DNA from: Phycisphaerae bacterium
GTDB taxonomy: Bacteria > Planctomycetota > Phycisphaerae > SM23-33
DNA length: 64,000 nucleotides
Direction: 5' to 3'
Assembly (NCBI GenBank): GCA_016782885.1
Contig: JADHXQ010000007.1
Span: forward strand, 2,313-66,312
How positions within the stretch are numbered: the first letter of the stretch is position 1; every line of letters begins with the position of its first letter. Below are positions 41,244 to 51,517 of this stretch, one piece after another. A program made the translations under genes and the position numbers. The notes under the pieces were generated by a model that did no database searches, was not told the DNA's origin, and was given only the letters and a program-made list of their open reading frames with translations.

Positions 41244-42449
41244 ATGATTATACGAAGACATCTTGAGCGACGCCTCCTCAAGGCAGTCAAAGATTTTCCT
41301 GTCGTCACCATTACCGGACCCCGGCAGTCGGGCAAGACAACGCTCGCTCAAATGGCTCTCCCACGACACGAGTATGTAAGCCTTGAGGATCCGGATGAGC
41401 GAAGGATGGCGTTGGAGGACCCGCGCGGTTTCCTGGAGCGATTCTCCGGCAAGGTGATCATCGACGAGGCACAGCGCGCGCCCGATCTGTTCTCGTATAT
41501 CCAGGGCATTGTCGACAGGACCGGGCGCCAGGGACAGTTCGTCCTGACTGGTTCGCAGAATTTTCTGTTGCTTCGGCAGATCAGCCAGTCTCTTGCGGGA
41601 CGATGCGCCATTCTGCACCTGTTGCCTTTCTCGCGTTCGGAGTTAGCCCGCGAAGATCTGTTCCCGGTCGAGGAGATCGCCAAGGGCTCCGGCCGGACTT
41701 TCGTCGGCAAAGATAACAATCTATTCGACATGCTGTTCACCGGGAGCTATCCGCGGATTCACGATAAGGGGCTTGCTCCCCACGACTGGTTATCGGGCTA
41801 CTATCAGACCTACGTCGAGAGAGATGTGCGTGAAGTGCTCAATGTCGGCGACCTGGAAACCTTCGGCCGCTTCATGGGCCTGTGCGCCGGGCGGGCGGGG
41901 GCGCTGCTGAACCTCTCATCCCTGGCGAACGATTGCGGTATCACACATACCACGGCCCGGCGGTGGTTGAGCGTCCTGGAGACAAGCTTCATCATCAGAC
42001 TGTTGCGTCCTCACCACAAGAATTTCAACAAGCGATTGGTCAAGTCGCCAAAACTGTACTTCCTGGATAGCGGGCTGCTGTGCTATCTGCTGCGCATCCG
42101 CTCGGCCGAAGATTTGGCGTTGCATGCTTCGCGGGGCGCTATTTTTGAATCGTGGGTAGTGTCGGAGACGATCAAGAATTTCACCCATCGCGGTCTTCGT
42201 TCAGACGTATATTTTTGGCGCGACTCAGCCGGACACGAGATCGATTTGCTCATCGACACCGGCGGCGACAACCTGCTTCCGATCGAAATCAAATCGGGCC
42301 AGACGTTCAATCCTGATTTCGCCAAAGAGTTGAACTGGTGGCGGGCAACCAGCGGCAGTGGCGAGCGATCCGGCGTCGTCGTCTACGGCGGCGAGAAGTC
42401 ATTCAATTACAAGAACATCCATGCTCTCTCCTGGCGAGCGTGGGGATAG
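41244..42449 (+). CDS. AAA_14 ATPase with DUF4143 domain
   Basis: GPRQSGKTT, IIDEAQ, LTGSQ, SLAGR, GSYP, KSPKLYFLDSGL, EIDLLI..PIEIKS. Confidence 0.92.
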   Translation: MIIRRHLERRLLKAVKDFPVVTITGPRQSGKTTLAQMALPRHEYVSLEDPDERRMALEDPRGFLERFSGKVIIDEAQRAPDLFSYIQGIVDRTGRQGQFVLTGSQNFLLLRQISQSLAGRCAILHLLPFSRSELAREDLFPVEEIAKGSGRTFVGKDNNLFDMLFTGSYPRIHDKGLAPHDWLSGYYQTYVERDVREVLNVGDLETFGRFMGLCAGRAGALLNLSSLANDCGITHTTARRWLSVLETSFIIRLLRPHHKNFNKRLVKSPKLYFLDSGLLCYLLRIRSAEDLALHASRGAIFESWVVSETIKNFTHRGLRSDVYFWRDSAGHEIDLLIDTGGDNLLPIEIKSGQTFNPDFAKELNWWRATSGSGERSGVVVYGGEKSFNYKNIHALSWRAWG

Positions 42450-42504
42450 ATAGCGATCCCTCCCGAAAATTCCGTCAGCGTATGGTGAAACTATAAAGCA
42501 GGTC

Positions 42505-43124
42505 ACCCGGACTTGACGGCCTACATGTCCCTGGCGATGGGACGCAAGGTGACCGATTCGCCCGACGCGTTCTGCTATCTGCGCCAGAGCATCGTGCGCG
42601 GATCGTCGGCCGGTAAAAAGAGCAAGGAGTTCGCGATCAAGAACTTCGAACGATGGCTCGTTCAGCGCGACCGGGACGGTTATCGCACCCAGGCCACGAT
42701 CAAAGTGCCCCAGCACAAATCGATGTGGATGGTCCCGAAGAACTATAAATTCGACTACATCGCCCGACGAACCGATCTGGCGAGCGGTAACTCCAGGATC
42801 GGATTCGCCCTGGACGACCGCTTCGGCAGCGGCGGACCGCACTCGGTGGCAATCAAGGTCACGTATCACGACATCGGCAAGGGCAAATGGTCGCTGGTCT
42901 ACACAAAGCCCGGCGGATCTGTCGGACGGCGCACCGTCCAGTGCAAAGGCTCGAAAAAAGCCCTCATCACCACATTCCACATCATCGACGCATGCTTCTC
43001 GGGCAAGGGCGAGGCCTTCGACTTTCACATAGAAGCCTCCAGCCAGGATGCAACAGTGTCATTCGTCCACGTGATAAAGACCAAACGGGGCGACGAATCG
43101 GTTGCGAAAACCCGGAGGTTGTGA
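42505..43124 (+). pseudogene. Orphan 3' fragment homologous to the last ~190 codons of 39395..41149
   Basis: Ungapped, about 35 aa differences in 189 by hand count; no RBS, no signal peptide, most of the barrel missing. Confidence 0.88.
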
Positions 43125-43182
43125 TAATCTTTTCCGGTAGGCGCGAGTGAACGCTGACATGATAAATGTTTGGGGATGACAT

Positions 43183-44550
43183 ATGGCGATGAGTCCACAT
43201 TATACGAAAATTGCAGCCGGCCGAAACGTCTGGCAAGTTGTTGCCCTGCGTACCGCAATTACAATCACCGGTCTGTTTCTTGTCGCCCAGACGCTGGTTG
43301 AGGGGGCGGTCGAATATCCCTCCCGTCCGCCATCGCCCGGGAAACTGGGCACCATGCATTACCACGACCCCACTGGAATCAAGGTTGGTTCTGACTACTA
43401 CGTGTACGGTACGCATGGGGCCCCGACTCACAAGTCGAGCGACCTGATCACCTGGCGGCTCACAGGATTCGCCATTCCCAACGTGCCTCCCGCGGCGAAG
43501 CTTCACGTTCCGAAAGGGCATAAGGTCTGGGCTCCGGATATCCTCCGGATCGGTCGGACCTACCGCCTGTACTACTGCTACTCCCAATTCGGTACGCGGA
43601 ATTCCTGCATTGGATTCGTTGAATCGGCTTCCCCCGCCGGTCCGTTCAGGGAGCGCGGGCTGGTCTTCAAGACGCTCAACACCGACCGCGACACCTCGAC
43701 CAATGCCCTAGATCCCAATGTCTTCATCGATACTCGCGGGAAGCACTGGATGGCATATGGGTCGTACTTCGGCGGTCTGTGCATTATGGAGTTGAACCCG
43801 CGCACGGGCAAGCCGTTGAAAGCGGGGCAGGGCAAAACCCTGGCGCTTCGTGCCCCGAGGTCCGGCGGTATCGAAGCTCCCCACATCATCTACCATCCCG
43901 GTTTCCGCAGGTACTACCTGTTTGTCTCGTACGGCCAGTTGGCTACTACGTACAACGTTCGTGTCGGGCGATCGACCAAACCCGACGGGCCGTATCTGGA
44001 CCATCGGGGCAAGAAGATGGCCGACCGCAACGACGACGGCCTGAAGATTCTCAACAGCTATGCATTCTCAGGCTCGCCAGGCTGGATGGGGCCCGGGCAC
44101 AACGGCATAATTCGCGACGGGCGAGACTACTACATGGTTCACCACGCTCGCGACGCGAAGAAAGTGCCTTGGCTGCACGTTCGCAAGATTCTCTGGACCA
44201 ACGCCGGCTGGCCGATTGTTTCACCGCAGCGATACGCCGGCGAGAAGCTTCAGCCTGTCCCCCCCTCGTTGATCCCGGGGCGATGGGAGCAGATCGTACT
44301 CGAACCGAAAGACAACAGGAAGCAGGTCGCCAAGCCGCTGAAACTGCTGCCCGGCGGCGATATCGCCGGCGGCGGGCGGTGGAGGTTTACGCGGCCGGCT
44401 GCGCTTAGACTCGCTTGGTCCAAGACTCGCCTCTGCATCGTTAAGCTGCTGCCCGCGTGGGACTGGGAAAACGATCGGGCAACTCTGGTCTATACCGGTC
44501 TGAGTCTCAGCGGTAAGGCTGTCTGGGGAAAAAGAATCGGTGAGAAGTAG
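43183..44550 (+). CDS. GH43 arabinan endo-1,5-alpha-L-arabinosidase-like with C-terminal domain
   Basis: HDP, WAPD, NALDPN, YGSYFGG, IEAP, GPGHNG, GWPIVSPQRYAGE; start uncertain. Confidence 0.9.
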   Translation: MAMSPHYTKIAAGRNVWQVVALRTAITITGLFLVAQTLVEGAVEYPSRPPSPGKLGTMHYHDPTGIKVGSDYYVYGTHGAPTHKSSDLITWRLTGFAIPNVPPAAKLHVPKGHKVWAPDILRIGRTYRLYYCYSQFGTRNSCIGFVESASPAGPFRERGLVFKTLNTDRDTSTNALDPNVFIDTRGKHWMAYGSYFGGLCIMELNPRTGKPLKAGQGKTLALRAPRSGGIEAPHIIYHPGFRRYYLFVSYGQLATTYNVRVGRSTKPDGPYLDHRGKKMADRNDDGLKILNSYAFSGSPGWMGPGHNGIIRDGRDYYMVHHARDAKKVPWLHVRKILWTNAGWPIVSPQRYAGEKLQPVPPSLIPGRWEQIVLEPKDNRKQVAKPLKLLPGGDIAGGGRWRFTRPAALRLAWSKTRLCIVKLLPAWDWENDRATLVYTGLSLSGKAVWGKRIGEK

Positions 44551-44600
44551 ACTGCAGGAAAGCCGACTGTTCTCTTGCTCTCGCCAAAACTGGGGATGGG

Positions 44601-44834
44601 TCAGGAGAATGGGTTCCAGTACATGCTTGACACCAGATAGCAGATGATCAGGACGATTGACACTAAGAGAGACAGATGAGATACAGTCTCGCTCTTGGTA
44701 CCCTTCTTGGCCATGCCCAATGATACGAAACAGAAGAAGCAGCCGGGGACGCCTACAATTACGTCAGGTATCCCCTTGAAAAGACAATAGAACGCGAAGG
44801 CGTTAAAGAGCATTGACAGGATACCCGAAATCAT
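44601..44834 (-). CDS. Small hydrophobic membrane protein
   Basis: GAAAGGA RBS; about 3 hydrophobic segments; low GC. Confidence 0.5.
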   Translation of the reverse strand: MISGILSMLFNAFAFYCLFKGIPDVIVGVPGCFFCFVSLGMAKKGTKSETVSHLSLLVSIVLIICYLVSSMYWNPFS

Positions 44835-44942
44835 GTGACAGTCCTTTCTACGCTACTGTGCTGTGCTTCCGCGCGACCGCAGCATATCGAGAATCTTCCC
44901 GGTTGGCAACGCAGGGAATCCCGCGGAGTGTTATATCCAGGC

Positions 44943-45377
44943 TTAATCGAAAAACCCCTGGTCGGGATTCCGAAACTCAAGGTCGGGAAAGGTCGTTCCC
45001 GGGAGGGATCGTCGAGTGGGTTGCTGGACAAGAGTCAACTGGTAGCCCGTGTACAACTTGATCTTGTACGTCAGCGTGGTGTCCAGTTTCCGCCATCGGC
45101 CGGGCATGGTTTCCTCGGCGGTAATGTGAACGACAAGGTTTTCGTCGACTATCTTCCAGGTTCCCTTGGTGTGGTAAGCTTCGCCCTCCTTCGAGTTCCC
45201 CACCCAGATAACGTATGTCTTCAGATAGGTCCCGTCGGGGTTCAACTCCCATCTGCAAGGGTATTCTGTTTTCCACCTGTCCCATTTGCCTGCGATGTTC
45301 TCCTCCGTTGGCGGTTTGTAACACCCAAGCGCCAACAAAGGCAGGATCAACGCGAAAACGCAAGTTTTAGTCCGCAT
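44943..45377 (-). CDS. Hypothetical lipoprotein (lipocalin-like GxW motifs)
   Basis: AAGGAG RBS; LALGC lipobox; IAGKW and KGTWKI. Confidence 0.7.
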   Translation of the reverse strand: MRTKTCVFALILPLLALGCYKPPTEENIAGKWDRWKTEYPCRWELNPDGTYLKTYVIWVGNSKEGEAYHTKGTWKIVDENLVVHITAEETMPGRWRKLDTTLTYKIKLYTGYQLTLVQQPTRRSLPGTTFPDLEFRNPDQGFFD

Positions 45378-45405
45378 ATGAAGTCTCCTTGTCCGACAGT
45401 GTGGA

Positions 45406-47496
45406 TCAACCCGGGGGTTTGGCGCCGTGTTGTTTGAACCAGGCCGTTGCCCGGTCGACCTGACCGTCCGGTACGGGGAACTTCGCCCATCGCCACAGCC
45501 AGGCGAGGTTCTCGCCGGTCAGGAATGAGTACAGTGCGGCCGCTCGCATGTGTTCGGTCTTCAGGAAATCGGCCGACAGCAGGATACGCTCGCAGTTGCC
45601 CTCGGATGCATACATGGCCCGGAAGAACTTCCGGTTGGCATCCTGCCCGAACCGGTCGTGGATGTAATGAAGGATGAACTCGTAGCGGTTGGGGTCGGAA
45701 GCTGCGTCCGGCTTGCCATCGATGAACCGGAAGAACCTGTTGCTCACCACATTGTTCGTCCACCGATATGCCCGCGGACCTATGGTTGCCATCATGCAGT
45801 AGTCGGATATCATGGTCGCCTGTGATTCGCACATCGCCGACCCCATACCCCTGGCCTGATGGTGCGGATCGTATGCCTGGTAAGTGTGCCCGAACTCGTG
45901 GAAGAGCACTCTCGTCCCGCCGCCTGGAAGCGAGGGTACAAGGTAGTGGGGCGAGTATATGCTTATGCCCACGACGCCCCCGGCGATACCGACGCCCGCG
46001 GGGGTCCAGCATCGCAGTTCGAACCGCTTCCGCCCGCGGGAGGGACGCACCGTACCGGCATAGTTGGCTACCAGCCACGCGTAGGCGCGATCCATCGCGG
46101 CGCCCAGGCGCTTTGTGTTCGGCGAGCCCTTCTCGCGGCAGGTGACGTCGAAGTGCTTCGACTGCGCGCCCAGTGGTATATGCTCGGCCAGTACGTCCTT
46201 TTGCGACAGGGTGCCCCGGGCCTGCACCGTCCCGATCAACGGCGATCTGGTCGTGTACTCGAACGTCACCGGTCCGCCGTTGAGCGCGGGCGCCCAGTCA
46301 CGCTCGATACAAATCCATCGGGCACGGCATCGCTCAACCTTCCCGTTGAACAGGACCTGGCGGCCTTGTGAGACCTTCAGTGAGGCCTTCTCCACGGGCA
46401 CGTGGTACAAGTAGTTTCCTCTGCTGTCCATCACGTCGAACAGCAGGTCGAGGACCCGGGCGTTCCATCTGCGGATATTCGCGCGAGCCTTGAACCTGCC
46501 GCCGTATCCGACCGTCCGCGTGCTCCCGCCCTTGAGCGAAATGATTCGCCCGATATATGCTACGGATTCATCCCCTGCTCGAAACGATACCAACAGTCGG
46601 TAGTTGCCCGGCGTTACGGCGATTGTGTATGTTCCGCCCTGGCGAAGCATCCCGATCGGCACGTGTGCAACCGGTGCGGGCCTGTCCAGTGACTCCAAGC
46701 CGACGACGACGCGTGCGGCGCCTCCGGGCACGCCGTAGAGCTTTAGTTGCAGCCGTGCCGCGGGGCCTCGCGGTTTGAAGTTCACCGGTGACCCCGGCAC
46801 GCACGGACTGAACAACGCGTACCCGGCCGCGCCTTGCCCGGCTGAAAGAGTTGCACAAAACCATCCTTTCAGCCCCGCCGTCCCGTCCAGGCGAAGCGTG
46901 CCGCTACCGGTGAACCCGCAGGAGATACTGTCGTCAGTGGAGGGCACGTCGGCAGGCGCAAATGATACGATGATATCGGGCGAAACGCCCTTGGGGCGGG
47001 TGAGGCTGCCGGTTCGTTTCGGAAGATTGATCGTCGTCGATGTTCGGGACGCAACTCTTACCGTTGTGTCTTTTGAAATCCTGACTCGCCGAACCGCAGC
47101 CAGCACGCCTGCACCCGAACCGCGGTATGCGCTGACGTACAAATTCCAGTCCCCCGGTGGTCCGCGAAAACTGCACTTACCGGACTGGTCGGTGGTCGCT
47201 CTTGACGTCCAGTCCCACGGTTCGCAGTGTACCAGCACGGTTGCCCGTTCTACCGGCGTGCGGCCGCGCAGCGTCGCGAGGACCACCACGTTCACCCTCC
47301 CGGTCTGCTGCCGGACCGGAAGTCTGTAAACCCAGTGGCCCGAAGGCTGCACCATCACCGCATTGTCCGCCGCAAACAAACGGGCTGACAAGCCAAACAG
47401 TATACTGGTGCAGACCAGCAACCAACATACCGACCTGTGGAGTTGAACAAACGCTCCGACTCGGCGGATCGCTCTGTCTTCTACCGGACCTGTCAT
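45406..47496 (-). CDS. Secreted protein with C-terminal HExxH zinc-metallopeptidase-like domain
   Basis: FHEFGH followed by a candidate third ligand in CESQA; N-terminal beta-rich domains; start uncertain. Confidence 0.6.
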   Translation of the reverse strand: MTGPVEDRAIRRVGAFVQLHRSVCWLLVCTSILFGLSARLFAADNAVMVQPSGHWVYRLPVRQQTGRVNVVVLATLRGRTPVERATVLVHCEPWDWTSRATTDQSGKCSFRGPPGDWNLYVSAYRGSGAGVLAAVRRVRISKDTTVRVASRTSTTINLPKRTGSLTRPKGVSPDIIVSFAPADVPSTDDSISCGFTGSGTLRLDGTAGLKGWFCATLSAGQGAAGYALFSPCVPGSPVNFKPRGPAARLQLKLYGVPGGAARVVVGLESLDRPAPVAHVPIGMLRQGGTYTIAVTPGNYRLLVSFRAGDESVAYIGRIISLKGGSTRTVGYGGRFKARANIRRWNARVLDLLFDVMDSRGNYLYHVPVEKASLKVSQGRQVLFNGKVERCRARWICIERDWAPALNGGPVTFEYTTRSPLIGTVQARGTLSQKDVLAEHIPLGAQSKHFDVTCREKGSPNTKRLGAAMDRAYAWLVANYAGTVRPSRGRKRFELRCWTPAGVGIAGGVVGISIYSPHYLVPSLPGGGTRVLFHEFGHTYQAYDPHHQARGMGSAMCESQATMISDYCMMATIGPRAYRWTNNVVSNRFFRFIDGKPDAASDPNRYEFILHYIHDRFGQDANRKFFRAMYASEGNCERILLSADFLKTEHMRAAALYSFLTGENLAWLWRWAKFPVPDGQVDRATAWFKQHGAKPPG

Positions 47497-47695
47497 GAGA
47501 CTACTCCGCAACGTTTGGCGAAATCCAGACAAGGCTGTTTCTCAGTAGACTCACATATCCTAGCTCTGCCCCCAAACCGTTACAAGAATTGATATGAGAT
47601 CGCCTTTCGACCACTTGCTGTAACCACAGATCGACAGGGCGCATGGTCCCGATACTCAGACGCAGCCCAAGTGCTTGGGCTGGCAAGGACCCCCG

Positions 47696-49426
47696 CTACA
47701 GACCGCCCATCTTGCCCAGTACGATCTTTCCGTCCTTGTAGGATACTGTTTGCGTTCCGATGACGATCTTGTCGCCTTGGACTTTCGGCGTCGGGGCGGT
47801 GGCGGCAGTGAGGAATTTGAAGCTGAATTTCCTGCCGCCGGCTGAAACTGGTCCCTCGCCCGGGGTGCTCGCACCGGTCATCACCAGCATACCGTCGGCG
47901 CCGGAGGCGCCGGAGAAATCAATCGCAACGCATGATTTGTCCGAACCGATAATCGCAGAACCGTCGGCGCCCGGAATCCAAACCGTGGCCTTGGAGGGAA
48001 TCGAGCCCCAACTGGTTTTCTTACCGTGATGGCTGATCCGCATTGAACGGTCAGGACCGTGTCGGAAACGGGCCGGCGACTTCCTGACCAACTGCGTGAT
48101 CACGATATCGTTCTCATCTTTCCATCGGTTGCGGAATCCGTAGAACTCGTGCCTCGAATCCCGCACGCAGCGGGGAATCCGCCCCGCCGGATTCACCGGC
48201 TTGAGATCAAACGGCGTGTTCACGAACGCCAGGATCGAATGGTGAGGGTACGGGCTTATCGTGTCCCACGGAGTACCGTTCTTGTCATCCCAATCCTTGA
48301 TGTACTTATGATAGAACCCCCAGATTCCCGCACGCTGAGCCGGAAGCACCGCCTCGTATCCGATCGAAAAATAACCCGCTCCGCTCACCCCGTCCGGGCG
48401 AGCCCAGATATTGTGCGGATACCCTCCACGCTCGGGAAAACCCTTGCGCAAATACCTCATATCCTTGCCCTGCGGTATCGTCAGGAGAAACCATTTCAGC
48501 GCCGTCCACCGCACGTTCGGACGCGGGCTGATAAAATCCCTGCCCATCGCCACCTTCCACGCATGAATCGCCGAGAGGTAGATTATGTGGCTGGCCATGC
48601 TGCCCGTACCATCGCCTTCGGAGAAGTAGCCACCGTCGCCAAAGCCCTCTGTGACGTTACGGATCATCGACTTTTCGCTCTCCTTGAGCAGCTTGTCGAT
48701 CTTCGCCTGATCGATCCCCGCATCGCCCGCAATCGCCATCAACGCCATCGCCCCACCGCCGACCTGCATGCCCCAGTGATTGCTCGCCGGAAAGTGCCGG
48801 CTGCCCCTGACCAGTTCGGCGAGGCTCATGTTCCTGCCTTCGTTGTAGTCAAAGATCACCTTGGCGATTCTCTTGCGGTAGGCCTCGTCCCATCCGCCAT
48901 AACAAAGATCGTAGCCGAGTGCGCCCCAGCCAAGCGACGGTCCGGCCCGCAGCGCGCCGTAAGGCGCCTTGAACGAATACCGCCGGTCTCGCCCGCGATA
49001 GCCCGCCAGGGACGCATCCATCGCTTTGCGGCCGAGGTCGGCATACTTCTTTTCGCCGGTGATCTGATACAGGAACCCATACCCCGCGACGTGAGAGATG
49101 GTAAACGTCTTACCGGCGGGGTCCCTGGCGAACTCGCCCGTCCCGTCCTTGCTCGCCTTGCCTTTCATACCGAGATTCGCGGGCATCGAGGCGCCGTCGC
49201 CGCCGTTAAGCGTGACCTTCAGGCGTTTGAGAATCGCCTGGCCTTCGGGTGTTTTCGCTCGCGCGCGCAGGGCGGGCAAGTCGCTCCCGCGAAACAGCAG
49301 TCGAGGATGCTCGCCCGGCTTGACGGGAACGTGCCCTTTGACATCCGCAGGCCAGGGCCCGGCCGCCGACGATGTGGCAGCCAGCGCTACAATCGCAATC
49401 AGGACAGCCGGTAGTGTTGCTTTCAT
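47696..49426 (-). CDS. Secreted hypothetical protein, heparinase II/III-like lyase architecture
   Basis: Signal peptide; EHPRLLF, YDLCY, SNHW, DGGYFSEG resemble lyase toroid motifs. Confidence 0.55.
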   Translation of the reverse strand: MKATLPAVLIAIVALAATSSAAGPWPADVKGHVPVKPGEHPRLLFRGSDLPALRARAKTPEGQAILKRLKVTLNGGDGASMPANLGMKGKASKDGTGEFARDPAGKTFTISHVAGYGFLYQITGEKKYADLGRKAMDASLAGYRGRDRRYSFKAPYGALRAGPSLGWGALGYDLCYGGWDEAYRKRIAKVIFDYNEGRNMSLAELVRGSRHFPASNHWGMQVGGGAMALMAIAGDAGIDQAKIDKLLKESEKSMIRNVTEGFGDGGYFSEGDGTGSMASHIIYLSAIHAWKVAMGRDFISPRPNVRWTALKWFLLTIPQGKDMRYLRKGFPERGGYPHNIWARPDGVSGAGYFSIGYEAVLPAQRAGIWGFYHKYIKDWDDKNGTPWDTISPYPHHSILAFVNTPFDLKPVNPAGRIPRCVRDSRHEFYGFRNRWKDENDIVITQLVRKSPARFRHGPDRSMRISHHGKKTSWGSIPSKATVWIPGADGSAIIGSDKSCVAIDFSGASGADGMLVMTGASTPGEGPVSAGGRKFSFKFLTAATAPTPKVQGDKIVIGTQTVSYKDGKIVLGKMGGL

Positions 49427-49431
49427 TTCAC

Positions 49432-51501
49432 TTATCTCCGATCGCTTCCCATCGCGAGTTTGTGTCGCGCGGCGGCTTCTTTTGCCCCGATGAACCGGGC
49501 GTGGATGGCGAGGCCCTGCAGTTTGCCCGACCAGCGGCGGTTCCCGTCCCATTCATCGCCGAACAGGAGGTGCATCGGCGACCAGTTGCTGAAATCGCCC
49601 CGAACCCTTTCGCTCTGCAGCACGCTCTTGCCGTTGAGGTAGCAGGACAGTTTCCCGGGCGAATACGCGACGATCACGTGGTGCGCTTTGGCGGCGGAGA
49701 CCTTGCATAGATTGGTCTCCGGCTTCATGCCATTTATGCCCGTCCGCGTCGTCCGCAGGCGCAGGACCAGGGTGGACTTCTGCTGGCCGAGCGTGAAATT
49801 ACGATGATAAGCATCCTTCGAGAACGATACGATCCGCGCGGGCCCGCCCTGCTTCGTGTCGCCGGGGGTGATAACAGCCTCGACAGACAACCGGCCCGAG
49901 GCCTTGCAGGCATCCAGCAAAGCCTTGTCGGCGCCCTGGGCGAGCATGGCGCCGCGCCCGAGGACCATTTCCCCGCCAGCGCCGATCCGGGCGTCATCGC
50001 GAGGTTTAACTGACGATGCAATTCCGCCGATTTCGCCGGGCGACTTACCGGTAGCCCATACGAACAATGCCCCATCGGTATTACCGGGCCAGGCGCCGGA
50101 CATCTTGGGCATCTTGACGTCGAGCGGCACCGCTTGCGGTTTCGCGGCCGTCGCGTGCGTCTTTCCCGTTTCGCGTGTGGTGGTATCGAAGCAAACCATC
50201 GCCCCGCTGCGGTCCTTGGCGCACAAGATCCCCCCCGCCAGCGTTATGTGCGGATAGCATATCGCCCGAAGCCCGCAGTCAAGTCGGGCCAATTCGCGGT
50301 AATTCCCCACAGACGGCGCCGCGTCCAGGAGTCTGACGCTCCCCTTACCGAATGCGATGACCTTGTCGTCGGCGGTCGCCAGGCACGAACCGTCGCCGAA
50401 GCTCCCGCCGGACCACAGCAGTTTCCCGCCGGCGGCGTCCAGGCAGTTGATCGAGTTCTTGATGATGTACACCCGCCCGCGATGGATCACCGGGCTGCCG
50501 GCCGTCGAGTAGTACTTCGATCGCCAAACCGGTCGCATCCGATCTTTGGCGACGTTGAACAACACCGCGGCTTTATTGTTGTACGCGGAAGTGACCAGCA
50601 CGCCACTGCCCGCGACCGCCGGCGTGGAGATGTTGCAACTGAACTCGGTCTGCCACTTCGCAGTCGCGACGGTTCGCCCTTCATACCCCTTGTCGACCCG
50701 CATCACGACCAGTTCCCGCAGCGTCAGCACTGCAATGCAGTCGGCGCCGTCAACAGTGATGGGCACGAGCCCCCCGGTATGCCCCGCCGGACCGTCATAC
50801 TGCGATGCCCAGACCTGCCGTCCGCTCTTCTTGTCCAACCCCATCACCGTGCCCGTCGGCGCGCCGACCTCGACAAGCAGCGTCTCGCCGCGGATCAGCA
50901 CCGAGGTGGGATACCCAAAATCGCGCGTGCCCCCGCCGGAGCGGGGACGCCGGCGGACCTTGTACTTGTCGTAGAAATTGAGTTTCCAGACCAGCGCCCC
51001 GCCCTTCTTGGTATCCCAGCACCGCAGGTCGCCATCGACGCTGAGCGTGTAGATTAAACCGGTAGACTTATCGAAAGTCGGCGTCGACGACGGGCCGCCA
51101 TAGGCGCCTTCGTCGCCCGTGCTGAGGCGCCCCTGGTAGGGACACGCATACGACTGTTTCCACAGTTCCCTGCCCGAAGCGGCGTCGATGCAGTAAAGCG
51201 TGTCGATGCCTCCCCCGCCCCGGCGGCGGCCGCCGCCCCCCCAGCCCATCACGTACAGCTTTCCGCCAACGATTATCGGCGAGGTGCATCCGTATCCGAC
51301 GCTTCGGCGCCACAGCTTTTTCGGAGGCCAGCCCTCGGGCCAACCGGACTTCTCAGCCACCACGCCGTTGCGGGTCATCCCGCGCCAATGAGGCCAGTCT
51401 TCACCCTTCGCGACAGACCCGGGCGCGGCGGCGAGAGTCTGCAGCATAACAAACGCCATTACCCCCCAGGCCGATATCGCACAACGAACAAACCCAGTCA
51501 T
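49432..51501 (-). CDS. PQQ-like beta-propeller protein with C-terminal LamG domain
   Basis: DWPHWRG..RNG, repeated DxxxGxxxW; LSVEAVITP..GPARIVSFS..NFTLGQ. Confidence 0.82.
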   Translation of the reverse strand: MTGFVRCAISAWGVMAFVMLQTLAAAPGSVAKGEDWPHWRGMTRNGVVAEKSGWPEGWPPKKLWRRSVGYGCTSPIIVGGKLYVMGWGGGGRRRGGGGIDTLYCIDAASGRELWKQSYACPYQGRLSTGDEGAYGGPSSTPTFDKSTGLIYTLSVDGDLRCWDTKKGGALVWKLNFYDKYKVRRRPRSGGGTRDFGYPTSVLIRGETLLVEVGAPTGTVMGLDKKSGRQVWASQYDGPAGHTGGLVPITVDGADCIAVLTLRELVVMRVDKGYEGRTVATAKWQTEFSCNISTPAVAGSGVLVTSAYNNKAAVLFNVAKDRMRPVWRSKYYSTAGSPVIHRGRVYIIKNSINCLDAAGGKLLWSGGSFGDGSCLATADDKVIAFGKGSVRLLDAAPSVGNYRELARLDCGLRAICYPHITLAGGILCAKDRSGAMVCFDTTTRETGKTHATAAKPQAVPLDVKMPKMSGAWPGNTDGALFVWATGKSPGEIGGIASSVKPRDDARIGAGGEMVLGRGAMLAQGADKALLDACKASGRLSVEAVITPGDTKQGGPARIVSFSKDAYHRNFTLGQQKSTLVLRLRTTRTGINGMKPETNLCKVSAAKAHHVIVAYSPGKLSCYLNGKSVLQSERVRGDFSNWSPMHLLFGDEWDGNRRWSGKLQGLAIHARFIGAKEAAARHKLAMGSDRR

Positions 51502-51517
51502 ATCATACCTCAATTGG

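Noticed and set aside
44835..44942. Possible attC between the small low-GC genes
   Set aside because: A TAAC and hairpins are present, but no matching GTTRRRY or L boxes.
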